Assembly: GCA_965203325.1 (NCBI GenBank)
Contig: OZ241875.1
Span: 2,656,001-2,720,000 of the forward strand
DNA length: 64,000 nt
Source: a bacterium
Lineage (GTDB): Bacteria; UBA8248
Reading direction: 5' to 3'
Shown here: piece by piece, positions 1-9,216 of the stretch
Layout: every line of letters starts with the position of its first letter
How positions within the stretch are numbered: the stretch's first letter is position 1
Program-made: the position numbers and the translations under genes
The notes under the pieces: model-generated
The model's input: the letters and a program-made list of their open reading frames with translations, nothing else
The model's database searches: none
Told to the model about the DNA's origin: nothing

Positions 1-242
1 TCGAGCGGACCCTCGAAGACGTCGATCTTGACGTTGAACCGCTCGGAATCATCCGAAGCCTCTGAGGCGGTCTCCAGCCCCTCGGGGTGGTCCGCATCGG
101 GCGCACGGCCGGTCTCCAGGATTTCCCAGTTATCGGGATTTCCCGCGGACATATCGCTGCCCCAGGGCAGATCGGCGAAGCCGGTCGCCTCTGAAGGCGC
201 AGCCGAGCCTTCTGGTGGTGGCGTATTTTCTGGGGGATTCAT
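1..242 (-). CDS. scpA: Segregation/condensation protein A, N-terminal part (runs off the window start)
   Basis: Not in the ORF track. The reverse strand from ATG at 242 reads MNPPENTPPPEG...DDSERFNVKIDVFEGPL(D); FEGPLD is the ScpA N-terminal signature. An in-frame alternative ATG lies at 317. Confidence 0.8.
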   Translation of the reverse strand, partial: MNPPENTPPPEGSAAPSEATGFADLPWGSDMSAGNPDNWEILETGRAPDADHPEGLETASEASDDSERFNVKIDVFEGPL

Positions 243-501
243 GCTCACCCCGGATGGGCGGACTGAGCGGTCTTTGCCGGGCGATTTCACGAGCCCACGG
301 GCGGGGAGACTCTCCATCACCCAGGAATTACTTTCAAGCCTAGAAAATATGGATATTCTTGTCAAATGGGAAAAATCGGAATTTTTCAAAAAATTCAAGC
401 GCTTATGCGTCTTCCTCTCGACCGGTCGCCTCGTCCGCCTTGAGGGAGAAGCGCCTCTGGGGGATAATCGGAGTTCTGATAATCTCGACGAGGAGGAATC
501 G

Positions 502-1344
502 ATGGCAGGCAAAATCATGTCTCTCACGCAAGCGGCGGCCCTGGTGCAGGATGGAGATTTGCTCGCCTTGGGCGGAAACGCGCTCACGAGAATTCCCGCC
601 GCCTTCGTCCGGGAACTCGCCCGTCAGGGGCGGGAGAATTTGCGTCTCGTGAAGACGGCCGGCGCCTATGACGTCGACTTGCTCTGCGCGGCGGGGGCCG
701 TGGCGCAGACGCAGACGGGCTACGTGGGATTCGAGAACCTCTTCGGCCTGGCGCCCTCCTACCGCAGGGGCGTGGAGGAAGGCCGCGTGCAAGCGGTCGA
801 ACACGCCTGCTCCACCGTCATCGCGGGTCTCAGGGCCTCCGCGCATGGCCTGCCGAGCCAACCCGTGGCGGGTCTGGAGGGCAGCGACATGGCGGCGCAT
901 ACCGGTTTCCGGAAAGCGAGAGACCCCTACACGGGCGAGTCGGTATTCATGATCCCGAAAATCAGGCCCAGATTCGCCGTTCTCCATGTGACGTACGCAG
1001 ACTCCGAGGGAAACGCTCGGATAGACGGCGGCGCGTTCGAGGACGTCTTGATGTCCAGAGCCGCCGAGTCGGTGATCCTGACGGCGGAGCGCATCGAGGA
1101 GACCGCGTTTTTCGTCGAGAAACCCGACAGAACGGCGGTTCCCGCCTTCATGGTGAAAGCCGTCGTGCACGCGCCGGGAGGGGCGCGGCCCGGGGGATGT
1201 CATCCGTTCTACGATATCGACGAAGAAGCGGTGGGCGCATACCTCGATTCGGCGGCCGGCGCGGAATCCCTGCGCGCTCATCTCGATTCCTGGGAGGAGC
1301 GCGACCATGCAGGAAGCGTGGCGGCGTCGAGGGGCGTCGGATGA
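502..1344 (+). CDS. Family I CoA-transferase alpha subunit (GctA/IpdA-like)
   Basis: MAGKIMSLTQAAALVQDGDLLALGG, VLHVTYADSEGNA and VVHAPGGARPGGC motifs; GAGGAGG RBS before ATG 502. Confidence 0.85.
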   Translation: MAGKIMSLTQAAALVQDGDLLALGGNALTRIPAAFVRELARQGRENLRLVKTAGAYDVDLLCAAGAVAQTQTGYVGFENLFGLAPSYRRGVEEGRVQAVEHACSTVIAGLRASAHGLPSQPVAGLEGSDMAAHTGFRKARDPYTGESVFMIPKIRPRFAVLHVTYADSEGNARIDGGAFEDVLMSRAAESVILTAERIEETAFFVEKPDRTAVPAFMVKAVVHAPGGARPGGCHPFYDIDEEAVGAYLDSAAGAESLRAHLDSWEERDHAGSVAASRGVG

Positions 1345-2093
1345 GCGTCGCAATGCGCGAAGGCGCGTCCGAGGAGGTGCGCGCCGCCGCCGACAGGATG
1401 GCGGTTTTTCTCTCCAGATTCATCCGCGACGGGGAACTCGTATTTCACGGCGTGGCATCCGCGCTGCCGATGGCGGCGATCGTCATGGCCCGGAACACCC
1501 ACGCGCCGCACCTGACCTACCTGAACATACCGGGCGGCGTGGACCCCAAACCCTCTTATCTTCCCGGCTCCACCGTGGCGCGGCAGCTCATGGAAGGCGC
1601 GCTTTCGTATTTCAACCTCACGGAAATTTTTGATCTGTCCGCCCGGGGCAAGCTCGACCTGGCGTTTCTGGGCGGCGCGCAAATCGACGCAAGGGGCGAG
1701 GTGAATCTCTCCTTCATCGGGGACCCCGCGGCCCCCAAGGTGCGCCTTCCGGGCGGCGCGGGCAGCGCGCACATTCTGCCCACGGCCGGGCGGACGGTTC
1801 TCTGGCGGACGGTTCACGACACGAGGAGCTTTCCCGAGCGCTGCGATTTCGTGACCGCTTCGGGCAACGTGGATGCGGTGGTGACGCCCTTGTGTATTTT
1901 TGAGAAGGCGGACGGCCGCCTGCGGGTCAAGTCGATTCACCAGGGCGTAACGCCCGATGCCTTGCGCGCGTCCACGGGGTTCGATCTCGGTGATTTGGAG
2001 CGCGCCCCCACCACGCCTGAACCGACGGATGCCGAGCGCACAGCACTCCACGCCGCAGACCCCGAAGGTGTCCGCCTGCGCGAATTCATCTGA
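1341..2093 (+). CDS. Family I CoA-transferase beta subunit (GctB/IpdB-like)
   Basis: DLAFLGGAQIDARGEVNLS and RLPGGAGS motifs; ATGA overlap with the alpha stop. Confidence 0.85.
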   Translation: MSVAMREGASEEVRAAADRMAVFLSRFIRDGELVFHGVASALPMAAIVMARNTHAPHLTYLNIPGGVDPKPSYLPGSTVARQLMEGALSYFNLTEIFDLSARGKLDLAFLGGAQIDARGEVNLSFIGDPAAPKVRLPGGAGSAHILPTAGRTVLWRTVHDTRSFPERCDFVTASGNVDAVVTPLCIFEKADGRLRVKSIHQGVTPDALRASTGFDLGDLERAPTTPEPTDAERTALHAADPEGVRLREFI

Positions 2094-2110
2094 AGCGGAA
2101 ATTTCCTTTC

Positions 2111-3046
2111 ATGCCGCAGAAAAGATTCGACGCCGTGGGAATCGGCCTGAACTCGGCCGATCAATTCTGCGTGGTAAAGGAATATCCGCAGGCCAATACC
2201 AAGAGCGGGGTTCTGGAGACGGCGCGCGAAGGCGGCGGTCAGGCGGCGACGGCCATGGCGGCGCTGGCGCGCCTGGGTATGCGCGCGGCCTACATCGGCG
2301 CGGTGGGCGACGACGAGCCCGGCGCTTTTTCCCTCGCGAGTTTGAGGGCCGATGGCGTGAACGTGGAAGGCGTCGTCACGCAGCGAGGACGCGCGAGCCA
2401 GTCCGCCGTCATCATCGTGCAGCAAGAAGGCGACGGGGAAGAGAAAGGCTCGCGGACGATTCTGTGGCGGCGCGAGGTGTCCCTGGCGCGAGGAGAGGTG
2501 AATGAGGAGATCGTTCGGGCGGGACGCGCACTTCATCTCGATGGCCACCACGTCGAGGCGGAAATCCGGGCCGCGCGGTGGGCGCGCGAGGAAGGCGCGC
2601 CCGTGTTCCTGGATGCCGAGCGCGCGCCCGAGGGAACCCGAGAGCTCATCGGCTTAACGGATTACCTGATCGCGGCGGAAGATTTCCCCGCTCTGCTCAC
2701 CGGCGTTTCCGACCACCATGAAGCCTTGCGACGGCTTCATGCGATGGGACCCAAGGTGGCGGGCGTCACCCTGGGCTCGCGCGGCGCGCTCGCATACGAC
2801 GGGGCGCGGTTTTATGAAGCGCCGGGGTTTCATGTCGACGTGCTCGACACGACGGGGGCGGGCGATGCGTTTCATGGCGGATTCCTGTACGGCGTATTGC
2901 GAAAGATGGGCCTTGAGGATACGTTGCGCTTCGCAAACGCGGTCGCCGCGATGAACTGCACCGCCCTCGGGGGAAGGGCCGCGCTTCCCCGCCTGAACGA
3001 AGTGGAAGCCTTTCTGCGAGCGAATTCACCAGGGAAAAGCGCATGA
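2111..3046 (+). CDS. PfkB/ribokinase-family carbohydrate kinase
   Basis: GGQAATAMAALARLG and DTTGAGDAFHGG signatures. Confidence 0.9.
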   Translation: MPQKRFDAVGIGLNSADQFCVVKEYPQANTKSGVLETAREGGGQAATAMAALARLGMRAAYIGAVGDDEPGAFSLASLRADGVNVEGVVTQRGRASQSAVIIVQQEGDGEEKGSRTILWRREVSLARGEVNEEIVRAGRALHLDGHHVEAEIRAARWAREEGAPVFLDAERAPEGTRELIGLTDYLIAAEDFPALLTGVSDHHEALRRLHAMGPKVAGVTLGSRGALAYDGARFYEAPGFHVDVLDTTGAGDAFHGGFLYGVLRKMGLEDTLRFANAVAAMNCTALGGRAALPRLNEVEAFLRANSPGKSA

Positions 3047-4275
3047 AGCGCATACTCGAAAAATTTTGCGACGCTCTCGTCCTGCTGTGCCTGTCCGTCG
3101 TTCTGAGCGGTTGCGACCTGCTCCCCGAGCTCGGCCCGCCGAAAGAATCCATCTCGGGCACCATTCGGATGAGCGAGAAGCTGCCAGTCAAAGCGTGGCG
3201 CACACGCACGCTCTTCATCATCGTCGAGCCTGAAGAAGGCGGACTGCCGCTCGCGGTGCAGCGCCTGGTGGAGACGCGGTTTCCCTATCAATACGTCATC
3301 ACGAAAGACGACGTGATGATGCGCGGGCAAGAGTTCTCAGGGCGGGTACGCGTACGCGCCCGCCTCGATGCGGACGGCGTTGCGGGCCCGCTGGTCAAGG
3401 GCGATTTCGAGGGGCGGGCGGCAGGCTTGGTTACCGTGGGCGCAAAGAACGTGGACGTGGTGATCGATCGGATCGGAACCGCCCCTCCGCCGAAAGTGGC
3501 GAAAAAATCTCCTCCCAAACCCGCTCCGCCTCAGGAGGCGTCTCCACCGGCGGCGGAAGGGGGCAAGACGATTCGCGGCGTGGTTCGCGTCGCACCAGCC
3601 CTTGCGGATAAGGCGAAGGACAAGGCGGCGATATTCATCATCGCGCGCGGAAAACAGCCCGGGCCGCCGCTGGCGGTCATGCGTATCCTGAATCCCCGCT
3701 TTCCCCTGGAGTTCACTATGAGCGAGCAGAACGTGATGATGCAGGGGGTGGCGTTCACGGGCGAGGTCAGCCTCATCGCCAAGCTGGACGGCGACGGAAA
3801 GGTCGGGACGCAGCCGGGCGATATTTTCGGCGGTGCGCGCGGGCCGGTGCAGGTGGGTGCGCGCGGCGTAGAGATCGTTCTGACGCAGGAGGCGAAAGGC
3901 GCAGCCGCGCAAAGGCCCGCGCAGGCGCAAGGGGCGGGAGAGGTGATTTCGGGAACGGTCGAGATTGCTCCCGCCTTGCGGGCGAGGGCCGAAGGCAAGC
4001 CCGTCTTGTTCCTGATCGCGCGCAAGGGCGGCGGAGGCCCCCCGCTGGCGGTCGTGCGCGTGGGGAACCCCAAGTTCCCGCTGGCGTTCGAGATTTCGAA
4101 GCGGAACGTGATGATCCCCGGCGTCCCGTTCGAGGGGATGGTTTCGCTCGCAGCGCGCCTGGACGCGGACGGCTCGGCGGGACCCGCGGGCGCGGGCGAT
4201 CTCGAAGGCCGCACAGTTCAACCGGTAAGAGTGGGGGAGAAGAACGTGCGCATCGTGATCGACAGGGCGTTTTGA
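3043..4275 (+). CDS. Lipoprotein with three tandem CycH/CcmI C-terminal-like (Ig-fold) domains
   Basis: Lipobox LSGC; three copies of (L/I)F(I/L)I...PLAVxR....FP...VM..G..F.G.V...A(R/K)LD.DG separated by Pro/Ala-rich linkers. Confidence 0.7.
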   Translation: MKRILEKFCDALVLLCLSVVLSGCDLLPELGPPKESISGTIRMSEKLPVKAWRTRTLFIIVEPEEGGLPLAVQRLVETRFPYQYVITKDDVMMRGQEFSGRVRVRARLDADGVAGPLVKGDFEGRAAGLVTVGAKNVDVVIDRIGTAPPPKVAKKSPPKPAPPQEASPPAAEGGKTIRGVVRVAPALADKAKDKAAIFIIARGKQPGPPLAVMRILNPRFPLEFTMSEQNVMMQGVAFTGEVSLIAKLDGDGKVGTQPGDIFGGARGPVQVGARGVEIVLTQEAKGAAAQRPAQAQGAGEVISGTVEIAPALRARAEGKPVLFLIARKGGGGPPLAVVRVGNPKFPLAFEISKRNVMIPGVPFEGMVSLAARLDADGSAGPAGAGDLEGRTVQPVRVGEKNVRIVIDRAF

Positions 4276-4405
4276 CGGCGCAAGGCCCCGCGCTCTGGCG
4301 CGGCGGCGGCAAAGTGTGCATAATCGCCCCTCGAAATTCCCGAGAATCTATTTCTATATGAAGTCAGGGTTTTCCTCATTCACGCACCGATAAGGAGAAG
4401 TCCAG

Positions 4406-5422
4406 GTGATCATCGACCCCCATGCCCACATCGCTCCCGAGAGTTTCATCGAAGACGTACGCCAGGGCCGTTTCGGCGACGCCGTCACCATCGAAGCGGG
4501 CGACCCGTGGGAACAACTCGTCACGAAAAATACCGTGCTCGGCGAGGAGCGGATTCACAAGAACCCGCTGCCGAAAGAAACCTATGACGTCGAGATGCGC
4601 CTGAGCGACATGGCGAACAACCAGAACGTGGACATTCAGATACTCTCCGTCGTTCCGCCCATGACGCACTATGCACTCGACGCAGGGCTCAACAGGGAAC
4701 TCTCCGCGTCGCTCAACGACGCGCTCACCGCGCTCACGAAAGAACACCCCGACCGATTCCTGTGCATGGCGCAGATTCCGCTCCAGGACCCCGAAGCCGC
4801 GGCGGCCGAACTCGACCGCGCGGTGAAAAACGGCCACCTGGGCTGCCAGATCGGCTCGAACGTCGCGGGCAAGAACCTCGACGACCCCGCGCTCGACGCC
4901 GTCTGGGCCAAGGCGTGCGAGCACGACGTGCCGATCTTCATTCACCCGGTGGACGTCATGGGCGTCAACGACAGGCTCAAGGACTATTACCTGAGAAACT
5001 TCATCGGCAACCCGCTCGACACGACGATATCCATCGCCTGCCTCATCTTCGGCGGCGTGTTCGACCGCTTCCCGAACATCAAGTTCCTGGTCTCGCACGT
5101 GGGCGGCTTCGTTCCCTGGATCCGGGGCCGCTGGCAGCACGGCTACGGCGAGCGCAGGGAGCCCAAGGTGCACGGCGCGAAAGACCCCGAGCAGTATTTC
5201 GGCAAGATTTATTACGACACCATCATCCACAACGCGGATTCGTTCGAGTTCGCCGTGAAAACGCTCGGCGTGGACAGGATTCTCTACGGCACGGACTATC
5301 CCTTCGACATGGGCTATCTGGCCGGGGCGAAGGAGATTCCGGGGCTTTCGCGCTTCTCGGCGGAAGAGCAGGAACAGATGCTCTACGGGAACGTGAAAAA
5401 GCTCTACAAGCTGGACGTGTAA
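4406..5422 (+). CDS. Amidohydrolase 2 family protein (ACMSD-like decarboxylase/hydratase), copy 1
   Basis: IDPHAH, PIFIHP, SHVGG, YGTDYPFD motifs; AAGGAG RBS. Confidence 0.9.
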   Translation: MIIDPHAHIAPESFIEDVRQGRFGDAVTIEAGDPWEQLVTKNTVLGEERIHKNPLPKETYDVEMRLSDMANNQNVDIQILSVVPPMTHYALDAGLNRELSASLNDALTALTKEHPDRFLCMAQIPLQDPEAAAAELDRAVKNGHLGCQIGSNVAGKNLDDPALDAVWAKACEHDVPIFIHPVDVMGVNDRLKDYYLRNFIGNPLDTTISIACLIFGGVFDRFPNIKFLVSHVGGFVPWIRGRWQHGYGERREPKVHGAKDPEQYFGKIYYDTIIHNADSFEFAVKTLGVDRILYGTDYPFDMGYLAGAKEIPGLSRFSAEEQEQMLYGNVKKLYKLDV

Positions 5423-5506
5423 GACCTGAAGCTGAGAAAACAACCCGACTATCATGCGGCGAAGGGGCCCGGGAGGGCCTCCTCCCTTTATAAATAAGAG
5501 AAGAAG

Positions 5507-6523
5507 ATGACGGCGATCGATCCCCATACCCATATCTATCCCGGGCAGTTCATCGCGGACGTGCGTGCGGGCCGCTTCGGACGCACGGCGACGATAGAGG
5601 CCGACGAACACGGCGAGTGGCTCATTACGCGTGGAAAGGTGCTCGGGCGCGACTCGGAGCTCAGGAACAAGCTCACGCCCCTTTACTATGAGCTTGCGCC
5701 CCGCTTCGCCGACATGGAGCGGATGGGCGTTGCGCACCAGGTGCTCTCCATCGGCCCCGCCATGACGCTCTATACGCTCGAGGCGGAAGCGAACAGGGAA
5801 CTGGCCGCCTCGCTGAACGACGGCCTGACGGCGCTGGCGAGGGAGTATCCCGACAAGTTCTCCTGCATGGCCACCGTACCCCTCCAGGCGCCCGAAGCCG
5901 CGGCGGCGGAACTCGAACGGGCGTGTGCGAACGGCCACCTCGGCGTGATGATCGCCTCGAACGTGGCGGGGGAGAACCTGGACGATCCGGGTCTGGACGT
6001 CTTCTGGGCGAAGGCCCAGGCGCTTGATGTGCCCGTTTTCGTGCATCCCACGAACGTGCTGGGCGGGGACGACCGCTTAAAGGATTTCTACCTGAGGAAC
6101 TTCATCGGCAATCCGCTCGACACCACGGTCGCGGTGGCGTGCCTCATCTTCGGCGGCGTGATGGACAGGTTCCCGGGGCTTCGGTTCTATCTCTCCCACG
6201 TGGGCGGCTTCGTGCCCTGGATCAGAGGCCGCTGGCAGCACGGCTACGGCGAACGCAGGGAACCGAAGGTGCAGGGCGCGAAAGACCCCGAGCAGTATTT
6301 CGGCCGCTTCTATTACGACACCATCATCCACAACGCGGACTGCTTCGAGTTCGCCGCGAAGACGCTCGGAGCGGAGCGGATTCTCTACGGGACGGACTAT
6401 CCGGCGGACATGGGCTATCACCAGCCCGCGCGGGATATCCCGGGCCTGAGCCGCCTCCCGGAAGCGGAGCAGGAGATGATTCTCACGACCAACGCCAGGC
6501 GCGTCTACGGGCTTGCGATATAG
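5507..6523 (+). CDS. Amidohydrolase 2 family protein, copy 2
   Basis: IDPHTH, PVFVHP, SHVGG, YGTDYPAD motifs; same length as and paralogous to copy 1. Confidence 0.9.
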   Translation: MTAIDPHTHIYPGQFIADVRAGRFGRTATIEADEHGEWLITRGKVLGRDSELRNKLTPLYYELAPRFADMERMGVAHQVLSIGPAMTLYTLEAEANRELAASLNDGLTALAREYPDKFSCMATVPLQAPEAAAAELERACANGHLGVMIASNVAGENLDDPGLDVFWAKAQALDVPVFVHPTNVLGGDDRLKDFYLRNFIGNPLDTTVAVACLIFGGVMDRFPGLRFYLSHVGGFVPWIRGRWQHGYGERREPKVQGAKDPEQYFGRFYYDTIIHNADCFEFAAKTLGAERILYGTDYPADMGYHQPARDIPGLSRLPEAEQEMILTTNARRVYGLAI

Positions 6524-6606
6524 GGGCTGGACAAAGCGTCTTCCAGGTGTAAAATTCAATCAGGTATTCCAGTTTGAGCCGGTTCAACTGCAAAGGGGAA
6601 GTTCCG

Positions 6607-6894
6607 ATGGAGGAAACCACCTTCCGCGTGGGCGACAGGGTGCGCATCAAGGAGATGTACCCCGACGGCCACCACCGGACGACGTACTTCGTGAAGGGAA
6701 AGACGGGCGTCGTCAACCGCTATTTCGGCAAATACAAGAACCCCGAGAATCTCGCCTACGGCGGCGACGGCCTGCCGCTCCGGGAACTCTACTGGGTGGA
6801 GTTCGACATCAACGATCTCTGGGATCACGAGGCGGGGAAAAAGCAGGACAAACTCTATATCGAGATTTATGAGCATTGGCTGGAGCCGGTCTAG
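6607..6894 (+). CDS. Nitrile hydratase beta C-terminal (SH3-like) domain protein / thiocyanate hydrolase alpha-like
   Basis: FRVGDRVRI...GHHRT..FVKGKTG...LYWVEF...LW...IEIYEHWLEP pattern; only 95 aa. Confidence 0.85.
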   Translation: MEETTFRVGDRVRIKEMYPDGHHRTTYFVKGKTGVVNRYFGKYKNPENLAYGGDGLPLRELYWVEFDINDLWDHEAGKKQDKLYIEIYEHWLEPV

Positions 6895-6932
6895 GCGAAT
6901 CCACCGGCTCCCCTGTGAGCGAGGAGCAAACC

Positions 6933-7697
6933 ATGGCGCACTCACACGATCACCACAACGGCGGACATGTTCACCACCACGGCGACCATCCTCACACCTA
7001 CAGCCAGGACCCCTCGGCGCACAACGCGCGGATGCAGTCCGACGACGCCTACCGCGAAGGAGCCGTGGCCCAGGTCGAGCACGATCTGGACTACTACCAG
7101 GTGCGCATGATGGCGCTGATGAACGTCCTCCGCGAGAAGGGCCTTCTCACGACCGACGAGATGCGGCGCGCGGTGGAGGAGATCTACGGCCAGAGTCCGG
7201 CCATCGGTTCGCGCATCATCGCGCGCGCCTGGGTCGATGAGGGCTTCAAGGAAAGGCTCCTGGCGGACGCGGACGCCGCCTGCGGCGAGATGGGCGTCGA
7301 CACCACGGGCATCAACCGCGTGGTGGCCCTTGAGAATACCGACACGACCCGCTACATGGTGGTGTGCACGCTGTGTTCGTGCTACCCGAGGCAAATCCTC
7401 GGGCAGCCCCCCACCTGGTACAAGAGCTTCCCCTATCGCTCGAAAGCCGTGACGGACCCGAGGGGAACATTGAAGGATATGGGCTTCGAAGCGCCCGATG
7501 ACGTGGAACTCATCGTCATCGATTCGAACGCGGATTGCCGCTATCTCATCATCCCCCAGCGTCCGGCGGGAACCGAGGACTGGAGCGAGGCGCAGCTCTT
7601 CCAGCTCGTCACGCGCGATTCGATGATCGGCGTGGGCGACCCCCTGACACCCGAGCAGCTCGAGCAAGCCATACAGGCGTCGGGGCAGGCCGGCTGA
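6933..7697 (+). CDS. Co-type nitrile hydratase alpha / thiocyanate hydrolase gamma-like subunit
   Basis: VVCTLCSCYP metal-binding motif, ARAWVD, RPAGTEDW, VTRDSMIG; His-rich N-terminus; GAGGAG RBS. Confidence 0.92.
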   Translation: MAHSHDHHNGGHVHHHGDHPHTYSQDPSAHNARMQSDDAYREGAVAQVEHDLDYYQVRMMALMNVLREKGLLTTDEMRRAVEEIYGQSPAIGSRIIARAWVDEGFKERLLADADAACGEMGVDTTGINRVVALENTDTTRYMVVCTLCSCYPRQILGQPPTWYKSFPYRSKAVTDPRGTLKDMGFEAPDDVELIVIDSNADCRYLIIPQRPAGTEDWSEAQLFQLVTRDSMIGVGDPLTPEQLEQAIQASGQAG

Positions 7698-7718
7698 TCG
7701 CAGTCTCAATCTCTCCAC

Positions 7719-7751
7719 GCGGCGGGGGCGGAAGCTCCCGCCGCTTTTTTT
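7719..7751 (+). terminator. Rho-independent terminator
   Basis: GCGGCGGG...CCCGCCGC stem followed by T7, just after the hydratase gene. Confidence 0.8.
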
Positions 7752-7765
7752 CGGGATGAGAACGA

Positions 7766-9172
7766 ATGCCCTCGCCTCGCGTCATCGCGATCCAGTTCGA
7801 CGGTCTGCGCGCCGACGCCCTGAGTGAGGAGAGAACACCGAATCTCCTCGCCGCGGCGAAGCGGGGCGCGTGGTTTCAGAATCACCGCAGCACGTTTCCC
7901 ACATCGACGAGAGTCTGCGTATCGAGCCTCGCTACGGGCGTCTATCCTGAAAAGCACGGCCTTCCGGGCAATTCGCTCTTCTCGCGCGATTTGGGCGAAA
8001 CCATCACGACGGGCCGCCATGAGAATCTCGTAAACTGGCAGCGCGCCATGGGCGGGCGTCTGCTGTTGCGGGACACCTTTTTCGAGCGGGTGGGGGGCGG
8101 CGCGATCATCAGCGCGGCGTCGAGCGGCTCCGCCTGGCTCTGGAACGCAGGCCGCGCCGCGCACCTGATTCACCCCGTTGCGGAATACCCTGCCGGGGAG
8201 CGCGGGAGGATCAAGGAGGCGGGGGAAATCCCCCATGCCGGCGCGCCGGATCTTCCGCGCTGCGAATGGGCGCTCGACCTGGCGCTCGATTACGTGATCC
8301 CGAAACTCGCGCCCGCCGTGCTCATGGTTCACCTGAGCGAGCCGGACAACACGCAGCATCACGAGGGCGCCGCAGGCGCCGTGCATCGCCAGGCGCTCGA
8401 AGGTGTGGACAGGCTGTTCGGCGCGTTCCGGGAGAGGTTTCAGGCGGAGCACGATGACTGGAGGCAGACGAACCTTCTCCTGTTCTCCGACCACGGGGTC
8501 GTGGCGACGGCGGGCATGATCGACCTGGATGCGGAACTGGCAGACCTCCCCGGCCGCGGTAAGAGCTGGCAGGCGGCGCACAGCGAGGGGGCCGCGCTTT
8601 TCTACGCCGAATCGGAAAAGACGCTTATCGAACTCGCCGCGTTCTTGCGGACGAAAGAATGGGCGGGGCCATTGTTCTCGAAAGAGGGAGATGGCGTCGA
8701 GGGCGCGCTGCCGGGCACGATGTCTCTGGGGCTGGCGGGCTGCGGCGGAGCCCGCGCGCCCGATTTGCTCATGGGCTTTCAGTGGGGCGATGGTTTCTTG
8801 GGGGGCGAGAACCGCGCGGGCGCGCTCCCCGGCTGGGGATATTCATCCGTCAACAACAAGGGCGGCGGCGGAACGCACGGCTCGTGCAGTCCGTATGAGC
8901 TTCGCAACTTCCTGATTGGCGCAGGCCCCGCTTTTCCGGCGGGCGTGCGGGTGGACGCGCCGACGGGCAACATCGACCTGGCCCCCACCATCCTCTCCCT
9001 GATGGGGAAGGAGACCTCCGGCCTCGATGGAGAGTCGCTCACGAAAACGCCCCGGGCGAGGGGAGAAGAGCGGCTCTACCGTGTGGAATCGAAGGATGTC
9101 GCCCAGACGCTATCGCGGGCGGAGGCGGACGGGCGGTTTTATCTCAACTTCGCCAGGCTGGAGAGGGCCTAA
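7766..9172 (+). CDS. Alkaline phosphatase superfamily protein (nucleotide pyrophosphatase/phosphodiesterase type)
   Basis: FDGLR, FPTSTR (nucleophile Thr), EPDNTQH, SDHG, THGS, NIDLAPTI. Confidence 0.85.
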   Translation: MPSPRVIAIQFDGLRADALSEERTPNLLAAAKRGAWFQNHRSTFPTSTRVCVSSLATGVYPEKHGLPGNSLFSRDLGETITTGRHENLVNWQRAMGGRLLLRDTFFERVGGGAIISAASSGSAWLWNAGRAAHLIHPVAEYPAGERGRIKEAGEIPHAGAPDLPRCEWALDLALDYVIPKLAPAVLMVHLSEPDNTQHHEGAAGAVHRQALEGVDRLFGAFRERFQAEHDDWRQTNLLLFSDHGVVATAGMIDLDAELADLPGRGKSWQAAHSEGAALFYAESEKTLIELAAFLRTKEWAGPLFSKEGDGVEGALPGTMSLGLAGCGGARAPDLLMGFQWGDGFLGGENRAGALPGWGYSSVNNKGGGGTHGSCSPYELRNFLIGAGPAFPAGVRVDAPTGNIDLAPTILSLMGKETSGLDGESLTKTPRARGEERLYRVESKDVAQTLSRAEADGRFYLNFARLERA

Positions 9173-9216
9173 CCTTTTGCCGCCGGTGGGAAGGCGGCAC
9201 ACTCCCAAGCCTTCGC

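Noticed and set aside
28..501. N-terminal 158 aa of ORF 28..1344
   Set aside because: Overlaps scpA on the opposite strand and an AT-rich promoter-like region; family similarity and an RBS start at ATG 502.
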